A model generated the notes under the pieces. That model ran no database searches and was not told the DNA's origin. It was given only the letters and a program-made list of their open reading frames with translations. Below are positions 1 to 10,081 of a DNA stretch of 64,000 nt, piece after piece. Every line of letters starts with the position of its first letter. Positions within the stretch are counted from its first letter, which is position 1. Origin of the DNA: a virus; IMG/VR virus record IMGVR_UViG_3300025151_000028, positions 6,612-70,611 of that record; one strand, written 5' to 3'. The position numbers were made by a program, and so were the translations under genes.

Positions 1-3000
1 CCTATACCATTGAAATGGTTGTCTGTAGGTACATTTGGGAAGTATTGTAATATTTCAAACGGTAAGTGATCTGCCATGAACCTATTTACACCAGAACCAA
101 ATGCTGTAAGATCTTGAACTTTAGTTCCTGAAACTAAGAACACTTGTCCTCTCTTAGCATCTACAGTGATTTGACCTTGAGGTATTTTTAGTAAGAATTT
201 ATTCTGGCTTCCTACATATCCTAAATCTGTTTCAGCAAAGTCAATTGGTGGAGAACTATCAAATAGTCTTGGGTTACCAATATATGCAGCTTGTGGATTA
301 CTTGTATCAATTGTGAGAAGGTTGTTATATAATAATGACTTGTTCTCAAATCGTGCAAGTATTGCTTTGTTTTGAATACCATCCAATGATGTAAGGTTTC
401 CATAGTTCTGTGGGAAATCATGGAACGATAATGCTCTGTAAACTAACCAGTTATTAACTCTAGAGTCAGCAGTTGTTATAGCTGCATCTGAATAAATAGC
501 TCTAAATGGAAACACTGTGTAACATAAGTCATCTTTCCAATCTGGAGGTAGATGTGAGAATACATTTTCTTTATTCTGTTTAGAATATGTTACATTATAA
601 TAATATGTGTTATCCTGCGCAATAGGTACGTTTGTTTCTTGTAACCAATCATCAGGAATACCAGAACTTACATGAGGCCAGAAGTCCCCTTCTTTATTAT
701 TAAATGCTTGTCGTAAGTCTGTGTTGTATGTAGTTTCACAATAGAAGTTTGGAATACCATATGCAAATAAATACATATATCCATCATAGAAAGTTCTATA
801 TGATCCTCCTCCTGGTTCTATAGTAGATGGATCATTAGGACAATCAAAGTTGTGTGCCTTGTATGAAATTAAGTTTCTTACAGGAGTTGTACTACCACCA
901 TCTTCTAAATCATAATCTTCTAATATAGATCTTGCAGAGTGCCAATATCTTGGGTATCCAATATTACCAATCTCATCGTAAAATATATCACTATCATCTG
1001 GAGCACCCACTCTATTATCTATAAAGTATGGAAGCTTTGTTTTAAATGCAAATCTAGAAATAAATGTATCCCCACCAAATATTGTAGAAGTTCCTGTGTC
1101 TTCTATAAGTGCTTGGTATCCTGTGTCAATAGTAGTATATGAATACATTTGTCCATATTGATTTGGAAAAATGTTTTTCATAGATGCATAGTATGATACT
1201 ACTGTAAGATCTTGTTCTTTTTCAGGAGTAGCACATGCACCTTTATTACCTATTGTAAATCTAGATTTATCTTCTATAAGTGGCTCCCCTCCACTAAGTA
1301 AACTAGGTGTTTGACTTGGAAAAGGTAAAGGGGGAACAGACACTGTATTACTACTAGGTAATTCTCTTTCCTCCAATGTTTTTATAAACACAGAAGTCTC
1401 TCTGTTCCAGTTATTTATAGAATACTCTTCTTTAGGACCTAACGATTGTACACCTGGTATCAAGTATCTAGTTAAATCTATATCCCTTTGTTTAATTCCT
1501 CCATTTATGTTATTACCTACATCAAAAGAATAATCATAGTTAGCTCTAGAATTAAACGACATTGCATAGTTCTTTCTTGTAATACCATTTATGTAGATAG
1601 TTAGATATGCTTGATATGCTGTAAACATTACACCAAGACTTTGTGGATTTGATAAATCAGCCATCTTTTTTGAACTATCTAATGCATCTTGCTGAGCTTC
1701 TTTAGAAAGAAGTTTATAGTTAGCATTATCTTTAACTTGTACCCAGTGAGCTTTTCCACCACCGAACATTACACTCTCAAGCTTTAATACACTTCCTAAG
1801 AATGGTTGACCAAAAGATGTTTCTGGTGAATTAAATACTTGTCTGTATGTAATCTCTCCATCTTCTTGTTCTTCAATTGAAGGTTGAGGTTTTTCATCTT
1901 TACAGCCTAAAGACGATCTTCTACTTTTTGTTCTTCTTCCATACCACCCATTATTACTTGTACTATCTCCTTCATAATCAGAACCTTTTTTAACCCCTGG
2001 AGGATTTTCAACTTCTCCAGGATCAAACACTTCCTCTGGCATTAATGTCTGTCTAGGTCTACAACAATCTAGCCAACCAAGAGGTCCAGCCCAAACTCTA
2101 CCACAATATGTTACGTCTGGTTCTGGTGCTCCCACTTCAGTAATAACTGTATATTTCTTTGAAGTACCTAACGCTCCATTATCAAACATATATTGTGTTC
2201 TAAATACCCCATTAACGTAAGGTGTATCATTCCAATCAGTGAATGGATCAAACCAACGTATTCTGTGTCCACATGAAGTAAGCGTATTATCAGTAAATAC
2301 TCTCCATACATCATAATTACCAGGACCAATTACCATCTTACCTAAAAGTGGAACAGGTCTTGTTAATGAACAGATTTCAACAACTTCATCTAAGTCTATA
2401 ACTGCTTGTGTCACTTTACCATTAAGTGCACTAGTATACTCAAATACACCCTGATTTTCATTTACTGTTACTTCAAGTCCTTGTATTATTGCAAGAAAAG
2501 TACTTGTATCTGGTTCAGCTTCTGGTAAATACACCAAGTATGCTTCAGAGTCAGCACTCCATGCATTATTGTTTGCTAACACATATGGGTCTGAAGATAG
2601 GTCATTATATGGATAGTTAGGGTAGTAGTAGTCTTCTTCATCTCTAGTATACTTGTTTACATTTCTAAGTATACCTTTTGCTACTATAGATTTGTTTGTT
2701 CCTCTGTCAGCTCTTACAATCTTGTAGGCAACAATATCATCTTTCTGATCTTGTGTTAATCCAGAATTTTGTATCAATGTATGCACCTGCGAATTATCTA
2801 ATCGTACACCAATAGGAAACACAGCATCGTTCTGCATTGTAGGTACAATTTTATCATTGTCATACACTATTGGTCCGTTTTCTATAATAGGACTTACTGC
2901 TACATCTGGAAACTTGTGATGTCTAATAGGTTGTTCAGATAAATCTCCCCACACATCTGGTTCACAAGGATATGTTTCTGTTGATTCCCAGTATGCAAAC

Positions 3001-4457
3001 TCACCGTATTCCCATGGTCCTTTATAGTTTGCATCATTAGATTGACCAACAGAAGGTCCTGTTACAGAAGCTGTATTATATATTTTCCACCAAGGTTTAA
3101 ATCCTACATCACCAGCATAGTAGTCAGGGTCTCCAATAAAATCGTTATTTTGATTAATTCCTGAATCAGCTACATCAGGATAAGCTTCGTTAGCACCCCT
3201 TTCTCTTCCTGGAATGTGGAAACCATCTGTCTGTTTACCATTCTTCAATAAAAATACAATTTCAAATGCATACACTTCATCACGCATGTATCCACGAAGA
3301 TTTACAGCATTTAATTCATCTGCATAATTTTCATCTGCTGGTATTCTGTATGTCTCCCAACCAAGTGTTATTTGATTTGCGATTGACTGATAGTTAATCC
3401 TATCAATAGATGTAAGATTGTCCCAAACAAGAACATCTTGTACAGCTGTAACATCTTGTGCAATATCATAATATGGAAACTTTTCAAATATATCTGATAT
3501 GGAAAGTTGTATAGGTGACTGATCTCCTCCTGTATAAGTTACTTCTCTTGTAGAATCTTCAATACTATATGTACCAACAATTTCAACTGAAGTTATGTTA
3601 TTTATAGTTTTTATTACGGCTAAGTTGTAATATTCAAACTGTCCTGATAAATCTAAATTAGATATACCTACAACAATAGATTTTCCCACTGGATAATCAA
3701 AGTTTACTGTTGTTGTAAACTCATCAGCAATAGGTAAAGGGTTAGTTACAGAATAGAATGAAGTAAGTTCGTTACCACTTGCGTCTGAGTATTGAATTGC
3801 AAACTGGTATGTACCTGCTTTTAAATTACCTATAGTTCTGATCTGAGTGATCATTAATTGAGGTATTTCAAAGTTAGGTTGAATTTTAAGCTGATTACAA
3901 TCGAGCTGATCAGTTTCTGTAGAATTACAAATACTTCCCTCTGATGTTAGATTAATTACATAAGGGATATTTTCTATGTCTAAATATCTTCTAGGATTAA
4001 CTCCATCTGTCCAGTAGAGTTCTGTTGTACAGTTTGTTATTCTATGTACAACTTTAGGGATTGGATGATTTACATCAAAGTTAAGACAAGGAGCATTTAC
4101 AAGTGTTTGATATTGACAATCATTATTGTCCATAAATCCAATCTCGCTACCTCCTGTACTTGGGTTGGCTAAAAAGAATATATTCTTACGTTTCTCAGGA
4201 ATAAAATGAGAACCAATGAGCTTATATCCTGCAGGAAAATCTAAGCACAACTCATTACCTGGCTCATTCTGATAGTTTACAGAACTAGAGTCAAAGTTTT
4301 CTACAGCAGCATTTAAAGCATACGTAAGCCTTCCAGGACCAACTTGATTAATAGAGCTGTCTAGGTTTAATCCTGTCCTAGCAACACCTGCATTTAATCT
4401 AATGTTACCCTGCTTCTTTGTTTTGTCAGAATCTTTTTTTGATTGCTGTTTAGCCAT
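1..4457 (-). CDS. Large virion tail protein, tail-stabilization/muzzle-like (P22 gp10-like); truncated by window edge, >1485 aa
   Basis: Not in ORF track. ATG at 4457 gives MAKQQSKKDSDKTKKQGNIRLNAGVARTGLNLDSS...LYWTDGVNPRRYLD, and the same frame reads ...PTDNHFNGI at base 3 (spot-checked, not every codon). GLNLD and YWTDG motifs and position after the ring/IHF genes match the crAss-like muzzle gene. Confidence 0.75.
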   Translation of the reverse strand, partial: MAKQQSKKDSDKTKKQGNIRLNAGVARTGLNLDSSINQVGPGRLTYALNAAVENFDSSSVNYQNEPGNELCLDFPAGYKLIGSHFIPEKRKNIFFLANPSTGGSEIGFMDNNDCQYQTLVNAPCLNFDVNHPIPKVVHRITNCTTELYWTDGVNPRRYLDIENIPYVINLTSEGSICNSTETDQLDCNQLKIQPNFEIPQLMITQIRTIGNLKAGTYQFAIQYSDASGNELTSFYSVTNPLPIADEFTTTVNFDYPVGKSIVVGISNLDLSGQFEYYNLAVIKTINNITSVEIVGTYSIEDSTREVTYTGGDQSPIQLSISDIFEKFPYYDIAQDVTAVQDVLVWDNLTSIDRINYQSIANQITLGWETYRIPADENYADELNAVNLRGYMRDEVYAFEIVFLLKNGKQTDGFHIPGRERGANEAYPDVADSGINQNNDFIGDPDYYAGDVGFKPWWKIYNTASVTGPSVGQSNDANYKGPWEYGEFAYWESTETYPCEPDVWGDLSEQPIRHHKFPDVAVSPIIENGPIVYDNDKIVPTMQNDAVFPIGVRLDNSQVHTLIQNSGLTQDQKDDIVAYKIVRADRGTNKSIVAKGILRNVNKYTRDEEDYYYPNYPYNDLSSDPYVLANNNAWSADSEAYLVYLPEAEPDTSTFLAIIQGLEVTVNENQGVFEYTSALNGKVTQAVIDLDEVVEICSLTRPVPLLGKMVIGPGNYDVWRVFTDNTLTSCGHRIRWFDPFTDWNDTPYVNGVFRTQYMFDNGALGTSKKYTVITEVGAPEPDVTYCGRVWAGPLGWLDCCRPRQTLMPEEVFDPGEVENPPGVKKGSDYEGDSTSNNGWYGRRTKSRRSSLGCKDEKPQPSIEEQEDGEITYRQVFNSPETSFGQPFLGSVLKLESVMFGGGKAHWVQVKDNANYKLLSKEAQQDALDSSKKMADLSNPQSLGVMFTAYQAYLTIYINGITRKNYAMSFNSRANYDYSFDVGNNINGGIKQRDIDLTRYLIPGVQSLGPKEEYSINNWNRETSVFIKTLEERELPSSNTVSVPPLPFPSQTPSLLSGGEPLIEDKSRFTIGNKGACATPEKEQDLTVVSYYASMKNIFPNQYGQMYSYTTIDTGYQALIEDTGTSTIFGGDTFISRFAFKTKLPYFIDNRVGAPDDSDIFYDEIGNIGYPRYWHSARSILEDYDLEDGGSTTPVRNLISYKAHNFDCPNDPSTIEPGGGSYRTFYDGYMYLFAYGIPNFYCETTYNTDLRQAFNNKEGDFWPHVSSGIPDDWLQETNVPIAQDNTYYYNVTYSKQNKENVFSHLPPDWKDDLCYTVFPFRAIYSDAAITTADSRVNNWLVYRALSFHDFPQNYGNLTSLDGIQNKAILARFENKSLLYNNLLTIDTSNPQAAYIGNPRLFDSSPPIDFAETDLGYVGSQNKFLLKIPQGQITVDAKRGQVFLVSGTKVQDLTAFGSGVNRFMADHLPFEILQYFPNVPTDNHFNGI

Positions 4458-4462
4458 AATTC

Positions 4463-5437
4463 TTAATTATTGCGTCTTCTTCTTGTACCGTATCTATTTG
4501 TACGAGTTGGAAGTTCATACTTGTTGAACCTGTTCAAGTCTTTTTTTATCCTCCTTTGTTTCTCCCAAGGAGTTTGTTTTTTAATTTCAATCTCTGCTTC
4601 TATATACTTCTCATTATATTCTTGCTTATAATAAGCCAGCTTTTGTTGAAGTTGATTGAAAGTTTCATCATTTGTTTGATTAGTTAATGTTTCAAAAACT
4701 TTGAACTTAAGAAACGATTCAACATACTCTGCTATACGATAGTTATCAGGAACCAATTGATTTCCTGTTGTATCATATTCTGTAGCATAAAACATTAAGT
4801 GAACTACGCCATTTCTAAAATTAGTTACAAACTTATTATCTCTAATATCAAATGAATCATAGGTTGCAGATCCAGGAGTAAACTCTCTTACAGGTGGTGC
4901 AAAGTTGTTCCAGTCATTTCTGTAACTTACATCACATTGTTTTCTTGTAGAAATGTTACCTGGTCTTAGTAAATAACTATGTCTATATGATCTAGCTATC
5001 TCGTTGTTTGTTTTATACACTGCTTGAACTAATTCAGGCATACATGTACCATCACAACTTGGATGTTGACAGCTAGGATTATTACAAGGAGTTCCTCCTA
5101 TAGTTAATGGAGATATTTGTATAGTTGTTGCATTAGCTGCTTGTGAGTAGAATGATGTAGCTGAAGGATAAGGATTTCCTGGTATCTCAGCACACATCCA
5201 AGCTTCTCTAACAGCATGAAAGTTATCTGGTAATCTTGCTTGAAAATCTTCAATAAACAACACTTGTTCACTTATTACATAAGTAGTTCTGCCTAGCTTT
5301 CTTAGACACTTGTCTAGATAGGTAGGGAAGAGCAAATCATCTACAGCACCTGTATCAAAGTAACTTTTGAGTTCTTCTTTTACAGTAGCGTATATAGGCT
5401 CTGGGGAAATAAAATTGTATTTATAGTAGTACGACAT
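4463..5437 (-). CDS. Putative tail ring/tubular structural protein
   Basis: 324-aa ORF directly upstream of the muzzle-like gene, matching crAss-like gene order; function by synteny. Confidence 0.55.
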   Translation of the reverse strand: MSYYYKYNFISPEPIYATVKEELKSYFDTGAVDDLLFPTYLDKCLRKLGRTTYVISEQVLFIEDFQARLPDNFHAVREAWMCAEIPGNPYPSATSFYSQAANATTIQISPLTIGGTPCNNPSCQHPSCDGTCMPELVQAVYKTNNEIARSYRHSYLLRPGNISTRKQCDVSYRNDWNNFAPPVREFTPGSATYDSFDIRDNKFVTNFRNGVVHLMFYATEYDTTGNQLVPDNYRIAEYVESFLKFKVFETLTNQTNDETFNQLQQKLAYYKQEYNEKYIEAEIEIKKQTPWEKQRRIKKDLNRFNKYELPTRTNRYGTRRRRNN

Positions 5438-5440
5438 AAT

Positions 5441-5920
5441 TTATTTTTTCCATTCATGATACATGTGTTGGTATTTATCGTCAGTTTTTATATAGTGTGA
5501 TAATAATCTTGAGGTAATTCTTGAGGGTTTAAAGTACCATAATTCAGAGTTTCTAAATCTAGCGCTCTCTTTAAACCACATCCACCCAAAGAAGTATCCT
5601 TCTGTGTGATAGTTAAAGTTATATATAACTTTTCCTTTCTCTTTAGTTTTCTGCCAGTCAATAGGTAAGTTGACAAACTCTTTACCATCTACACCTTTCA
5701 CTCTTCTTCTTTTCTTTTTGTTTATAGAAAATTGTCCAAGGCTACCTACTAACTTTTCTTTCTTTCCTGTTTCTAATATATAGTGTTTAAATGCATCATT
5801 ATACTGATACAATATATTTCTCCACTCATCAAAAGACAGATTCACCAAAGGGTGTTTCTTACAGAAATCATTGTAGTTATCTTTACTTGCACTTCTCCAA
5901 TCAACAGAGACTCTAGCCAT
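5441..5920 (-). CDS. IHF/HU-like DNA-binding protein
   Basis: Basic 159 aa with LVGSLGQFSINKKKRR and IDWQKTK; an IHF-like gene sits between ring genes in crAss-like phages. Confidence 0.6.
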   Translation of the reverse strand: MARVSVDWRSASKDNYNDFCKKHPLVNLSFDEWRNILYQYNDAFKHYILETGKKEKLVGSLGQFSINKKKRRRVKGVDGKEFVNLPIDWQKTKEKGKVIYNFNYHTEGYFFGWMWFKESARFRNSELWYFKPSRITSRLLSHYIKTDDKYQHMYHEWKK

Positions 5921-5926
5921 TTGTTA

Positions 5927-6652
5927 TTAATTTGTAGGCTGGGCGTTTGGTGCTTGTCCATCTATTCCTTCGTTACTCATATCTGTCTTAATTTGAAAAT
6001 ATGTAGATAAAAGTTTTGTAGAAGTCATTGCAAGGACTTGTTGCTCTAAGTATCCAGGAAGTGCATATTCTTTATCCAGTGGGTTCTTACATAGATCCTC
6101 TACAGAATAATTTGTGCCACAATCACAATCTGGATACATTATTTCATTAGGCACATCTTCTTCAAATAATGCTGCCAACCTTATTGATTTTAATAATGGG
6201 TTACTCACATATAAGTAACCATTAGATATCCAAAAATAACTGTCCTTTTTAATTATTCTAAGTTTCAGTATATTTAGATATCTGTTTATTGTTATTTCTT
6301 TTAGTTTAGTACCTTTCCCTCCCATAGCGTTTATGGAGTAAACACCTTGAATTACATATTGATAGTTACCTTCTGATATTCTAGGTAGTTTAAATTTAGT
6401 TCTTGCTACAGTACAAGGGTCAGCATATTCACAACATTCTGAAATAGGAACTTCTACCATCTCTAAACAAGGAATGGTAGTAAACAGGGTATCGCTAGCC
6501 CATAACTTCCTTACATTGGTTTCTCTTTTGATTAACGTCAAGGCATTATTTCTTATTTCAGAAGCAATTGCTCTGTCTGTAATAAGTGCATCAGTTGATA
6601 AAATCTTATGCGTAGATCGCACATCTGAAACCAATTTTCTTAATGTTGCCAT
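5927..6652 (-). CDS. Putative tail ring structural protein
   Basis: 241 aa with C-terminal EYALPGYL motif; in the crAss-like tail block. Confidence 0.5.
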   Translation of the reverse strand: MATLRKLVSDVRSTHKILSTDALITDRAIASEIRNNALTLIKRETNVRKLWASDTLFTTIPCLEMVEVPISECCEYADPCTVARTKFKLPRISEGNYQYVIQGVYSINAMGGKGTKLKEITINRYLNILKLRIIKKDSYFWISNGYLYVSNPLLKSIRLAALFEEDVPNEIMYPDCDCGTNYSVEDLCKNPLDKEYALPGYLEQQVLAMTSTKLLSTYFQIKTDMSNEGIDGQAPNAQPTN

Positions 6653-6654
6653 AA

Positions 6655-7893
6655 TTATATTCTTTCTTCAAATTCAGCCACCTTACCATGCTCATTATCA
6701 TAGACTAAAGCAAGAGCAGCTCGTACACTATGTACAAAGTTGTTATCTTTATGCCATCTATCTGTACCAGACAAACTAGGCATTTGTTGTATTCTAACCC
6801 CTTTTATTTCTTTAGCCATGTAGTGATGTTTATCACCTGTATGGACTTCTCTGTATTTAGCATCACCAAACATGGATGCATATTTTGGATGAGTGGCAAA
6901 TAATAGTGGTAGTTGATCTATCTTACAGTTCCCATGATGGTAACCTATAAATGTTTCACCAACTACAGTTGCTTTTATTAATCCTTCATCTCTTATAAAA
7001 CTTACATTCTTTTCATCTGTAAAGTATATATCTAATGCGTGTGCTAGGTAGAAAGACTTTGTTCTATCATGATTACCCTGGACTAATATAACTTCTACAT
7101 GATTAGAGTTTGCTTTTAACATCTTGATAGTATCTACAAGTATTGCAAAACCTAGTTCATACTCAGAAGAATAATCTAATATGGTATCTTGTGGTGTTCC
7201 GTTTGTTGTTGAATTTTGGTAGTTATCTGTATGAAAAAAGTCATTAGATATTGGAAATACCACCTTATCTATATCATAAACAGATTTTACTTTATGCATC
7301 AACTTTTGAGCCACTTCGAAAAATCTTCTTACTCTCACTGCAGGGTTGTTATCACCATCAACATATCGCTTTGCTAAGTGATAATCAGATAGAGATAACT
7401 CAACATCTGCAAAATCTTTACCACTTTTCTGTGGTGAGGGGATTGGAATGTAGTTTGATTTATAGTTCTCTAAAAACTTGCTGAAATCCTCAGCTGTGTA
7501 ATCTTTTGGTGTCTTCCTCTTTGAAAATACTGAGGAAGTAAACTTTCCGCTTGGAAGTACTTTAGACCAGTAGTTTGTAATTATGTATTTGTCTAGGTCT
7601 ATTTTGTGAAGCTTTGCTAGCTCTAGGTGGTCTTTGGGTTCATAATCAAGAGTGATTGTACTCTCTATAGTTCCCTTCTCATTGTTAACCTTCTTTAGTG
7701 ATTCAAAGGTTGTTGAATCGTTTGATGTTTTTAAGAATACCTCTCCTTCATCTTTCTCTCTACTTCTGATCTCCTTAATTAATTCATCTACTTCATCTTC
7801 TGTTATGTTCAGCTTTTCAGCATAAAACTTTTTACTTTTCTTCCAGCCCAGTAGTCCCTCTAGCTGTCTGAGTAGTTTCTCATTGTACGACAT
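6655..7893 (-). CDS. Calcineurin-like metallophosphoesterase with N-terminal HTH-like segment
   Basis: Motifs SDYH, NDFFHTD, GNHD, HHG, HTGDKHH. Confidence 0.8.
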   Translation of the reverse strand: MSYNEKLLRQLEGLLGWKKSKKFYAEKLNITEDEVDELIKEIRSREKDEGEVFLKTSNDSTTFESLKKVNNEKGTIESTITLDYEPKDHLELAKLHKIDLDKYIITNYWSKVLPSGKFTSSVFSKRKTPKDYTAEDFSKFLENYKSNYIPIPSPQKSGKDFADVELSLSDYHLAKRYVDGDNNPAVRVRRFFEVAQKLMHKVKSVYDIDKVVFPISNDFFHTDNYQNSTTNGTPQDTILDYSSEYELGFAILVDTIKMLKANSNHVEVILVQGNHDRTKSFYLAHALDIYFTDEKNVSFIRDEGLIKATVVGETFIGYHHGNCKIDQLPLLFATHPKYASMFGDAKYREVHTGDKHHYMAKEIKGVRIQQMPSLSGTDRWHKDNNFVHSVRAALALVYDNEHGKVAEFEERI

Positions 7894-7921
7894 TTAATTG
7901 TGCTTTAGTTAAAAAATATTG

Positions 7922-7954
7922 TAAAGATATAAAATTTATTTTGGATATTACAAA
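7922..7954 (-). promoter_or_regulatory. Bacteroidota sigma70-type promoter
   Basis: Minus strand TTTG-N21-TATCTTTA upstream of the ATG at 7893. Confidence 0.55.
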
Positions 7955-8002
7955 TAAATTTACTAAACCAGGTTATTATTTATAATCAATTTAGTTATAA
8001 AT

Positions 8003-8035
8003 AAAAACTCCTAGGGCTACTAATAACCCTAGGAG
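8003..8035 (-). terminator. Rho-independent terminator
   Basis: Minus strand CTCCTAGGGT-loop-GCCCTAGGAG followed by TTTTT. Confidence 0.8.
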
Positions 8036-8066
8036 AAGCCTTGTAAAACCAACAAAACAAGACTTT

Positions 8067-8294
8067 TTATACATTAATATCTAGGAATATCCCTTCATCA
8101 ATTGCCATAACTCTAATAACTGTTGCTAAATCAGGTATCTGATCAGTTGGATAACCATCTATTTTATCCTTACCTAACAACTCATCTCTAGTTACATTTG
8201 TTGCAAATGGAGCTGTAAAGTTATTTATGTCTGAGTAGAGATTAAACAAGTGAAGATCTTCACCTATTGTGTCTATTTTTATTAAAGCTGTCAT
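8067..8294 (-). CDS. Small protein, FDLYSD-module paralog
   Basis: FNLYSDINNFTAPFATNV...TVIRV. Confidence 0.7.
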   Translation of the reverse strand: MTALIKIDTIGEDLHLFNLYSDINNFTAPFATNVTRDELLGKDKIDGYPTDQIPDLATVIRVMAIDEGIFLDINV

Positions 8295-8300
8295 ATTGTA

Positions 8301-8537
8301 TTATGAAAATATGATTGCAACATTCTCAGAGTTTGTACACGTTCCAGTGTTTTGAACTTTTAGAATTGTTGTATTTTGATTTACTCCTACATCAACACCA
8401 GCTGGTGCTATAAGAGATGACATTGAAACACCAGTTGCCACAGGAGTGGTGAAAAGATCACTATTTTCATATATATCGACAGGTCCTGAATTAGCTCCGT
8501 ATGGTGCTGTTATTTTTACATTTACGGTAAAAGCCAT
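8301..8537 (-). CDS. Small protein, divergent FDLYSD-module paralog
   Basis: SGPVDIYENSDLFTTPVATGV...TILKVQNTGTCTN. Confidence 0.7.
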   Translation of the reverse strand: MAFTVNVKITAPYGANSGPVDIYENSDLFTTPVATGVSMSSLIAPAGVDVGVNQNTTILKVQNTGTCTNSENVAIIFS

Positions 8538-8563
8538 ATTATATTGTTTTTAAGATTTATAAA

Positions 8564-9826
8564 TTAAATTGTACATATATCAACAGATGAATCAACTTGA
8601 CCACTTGTAGATATTTCCATTGCAAATCGTGAACTACCTGATACTTCAAAAGCATGCCAAGGTTGTGAAGTATTACCTTGGAAAATACTAGTTCCTTGTG
8701 CATTCTGATAAAAGATAGAGCTACTAGTTGGTGCATTACTTGCATTAACGTTGGACACCCAAATATCTAGTGTTAGGTTTTGAGCACATGCAGAAGTAGA
8801 ACTTGTTTGTCCGAATGGACTCAACAATCCTTGTGTCAACCCACCCACTGTAGTAGTGGTGGTAGTTGTAGCTGCTGTTGAACTAGTCGTTGTTGTTTGA
8901 GAAGGTGCAGTTGCTGTTATAGTACCTAAATCACAAGCTCCTACAGCACTACTCGTAGTAGTAGTGGTTGTTGGTGCTGCTGTTGTAGTAGTAGTTGTTG
9001 TTGATGATGTGGTACTAGTAGTTGTTGTGTTTACTATAATATTACCAATAACCTCAAGATCTTCTGTAAGTCCACCTTTAGTAAACGATACATCTGAAAC
9101 AAGTGAATTAGTTGCAGATTGAGTATCACTTAATATTACAGCTGGTGACCCAAGACCTTGTAACGTTGCTCTGTTTTGGAAAGTATGTATTCCAGTCTTT
9201 TGATTTGTAACTATTACTTTTACTACTGCTCCTGTACCAACTAGAATCTCTCCTGATAATGGGTAATTAGATGCATCAATACTTTCCTGAACTTGAACAA
9301 CATCGTTTACAAGTATTTGCATGCCTACCTGAAATATTTCAGAAGGTGTAGTAGTTGTAAGTTCCCAACCTAACTTCTCAGGAGTTCCTGTAGTAGTTGT
9401 GGTTGTTGTTGGTGCAGTGGTTGTTGTAGTTGTAGTAGCTGCTGTGGTAGTGGTTGTTGTTGTTGGTGCCACAGTAGTAGTTGTTGTAGTAGTAGCTGCA
9501 GTTGTTGTTGTGGTAGTTGTCGGAGCTACTGTTGTACTTGTGGTTGTTGTAGCTACCGTTGTTGTTGTTGTGGTGGTAGGTGCAACAGTTGTTGTTGTAG
9601 TAGTTGGACAATTAGTTGGTAAGTCAATACAATTTTCACATGTACCAACAGAGCAAACTCGTATAATCGTTGCTCCCATAGGAAGTGTAACTGTATATCC
9701 AGCTACTAAATCTACAGCTGGGACTTGTGTTTCAAATGGAGTTGTGAATCCGTCCGCATCTGAATATAAGTCAAAAGGTCCAGCAGCGCCTCCAGGTGGA
9801 ATGGTTATGGTTATTTGTATTAACAT
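8564..9826 (-). CDS. Putative virion appendage protein: FDLYSD module plus mucin-like poly-Thr tracts and beta-rich domains
   Basis: AGPFDLYSDADGFTTPFETQV followed by a Thr tract of about 75 residues and two further tracts. Confidence 0.75.
   Translation of the reverse strand: MLIQITITIPPGGAAGPFDLYSDADGFTTPFETQVPAVDLVAGYTVTLPMGATIIRVCSVGTCENCIDLPTNCPTTTTTTVAPTTTTTTTVATTTTSTTVAPTTTTTTTAATTTTTTTVAPTTTTTTTAATTTTTTTAPTTTTTTTGTPEKLGWELTTTTPSEIFQVGMQILVNDVVQVQESIDASNYPLSGEILVGTGAVVKVIVTNQKTGIHTFQNRATLQGLGSPAVILSDTQSATNSLVSDVSFTKGGLTEDLEVIGNIIVNTTTTSTTSSTTTTTTTAAPTTTTTTSSAVGACDLGTITATAPSQTTTTSSTAATTTTTTTVGGLTQGLLSPFGQTSSTSACAQNLTLDIWVSNVNASNAPTSSSIFYQNAQGTSIFQGNTSQPWHAFEVSGSSRFAMEISTSGQVDSSVDICTI
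9380..9605 (-). repeat. Poly-Thr coding repeat (T6-7 units spaced by VAP/VA/AA/AP)
   Basis: Imperfect (ACN)n run with mixed synonymous codons. Confidence 0.9.
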
Positions 9827-9829
9827 GGT

Positions 9830-10081
9830 TTAAGGTATTAAAGTTGTTGTTGTTGTTATATTTTCTAAAACTATATCCAAATAATTGACGCACTTGCCTA
9901 TAGACTGCACTCGTACAATGTTTGTGTAATCTGGAACTAGAGAACTAGTGTATCCATTTAACAAGTCAGTGCCTGATACATCTGTTTCAAAAGGCGTAGT
10001 GAAATTATCTACATCTGAGTATAAGTCAAATGCAAAGGTATCAGATCCCATTTGAGATATGGTTAGTAGTACGGTCATCAT
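9830..10081 (-). CDS. Small FDLYSD-module protein with C-terminal poly-Thr
   Basis: FDLYSDVDNFTTPFETDV...IVRVQSIGKCVN...TTTTT; start at 10081 or 10078 more likely than 10090. Confidence 0.7.
   Translation of the reverse strand: MMTVLLTISQMGSDTFAFDLYSDVDNFTTPFETDVSGTDLLNGYTSSLVPDYTNIVRVQSIGKCVNYLDIVLENITTTTTLIP

Noticed and set aside
9380-9605. CRISPR-like or DGR-like repeat
   Set aside because: This is a trinucleotide coding repeat without spacers. There is no reverse transcriptase or adenine-specific TR/VR pair in the window.
9399-9833. Poly-Val plus-strand ORF and poly-Asn/Tyr alternative-frame ORF (similar at 15884, 16229, 17027, 17732)
   Set aside because: These are shadow frames of the poly-Thr codons on the coding strand.
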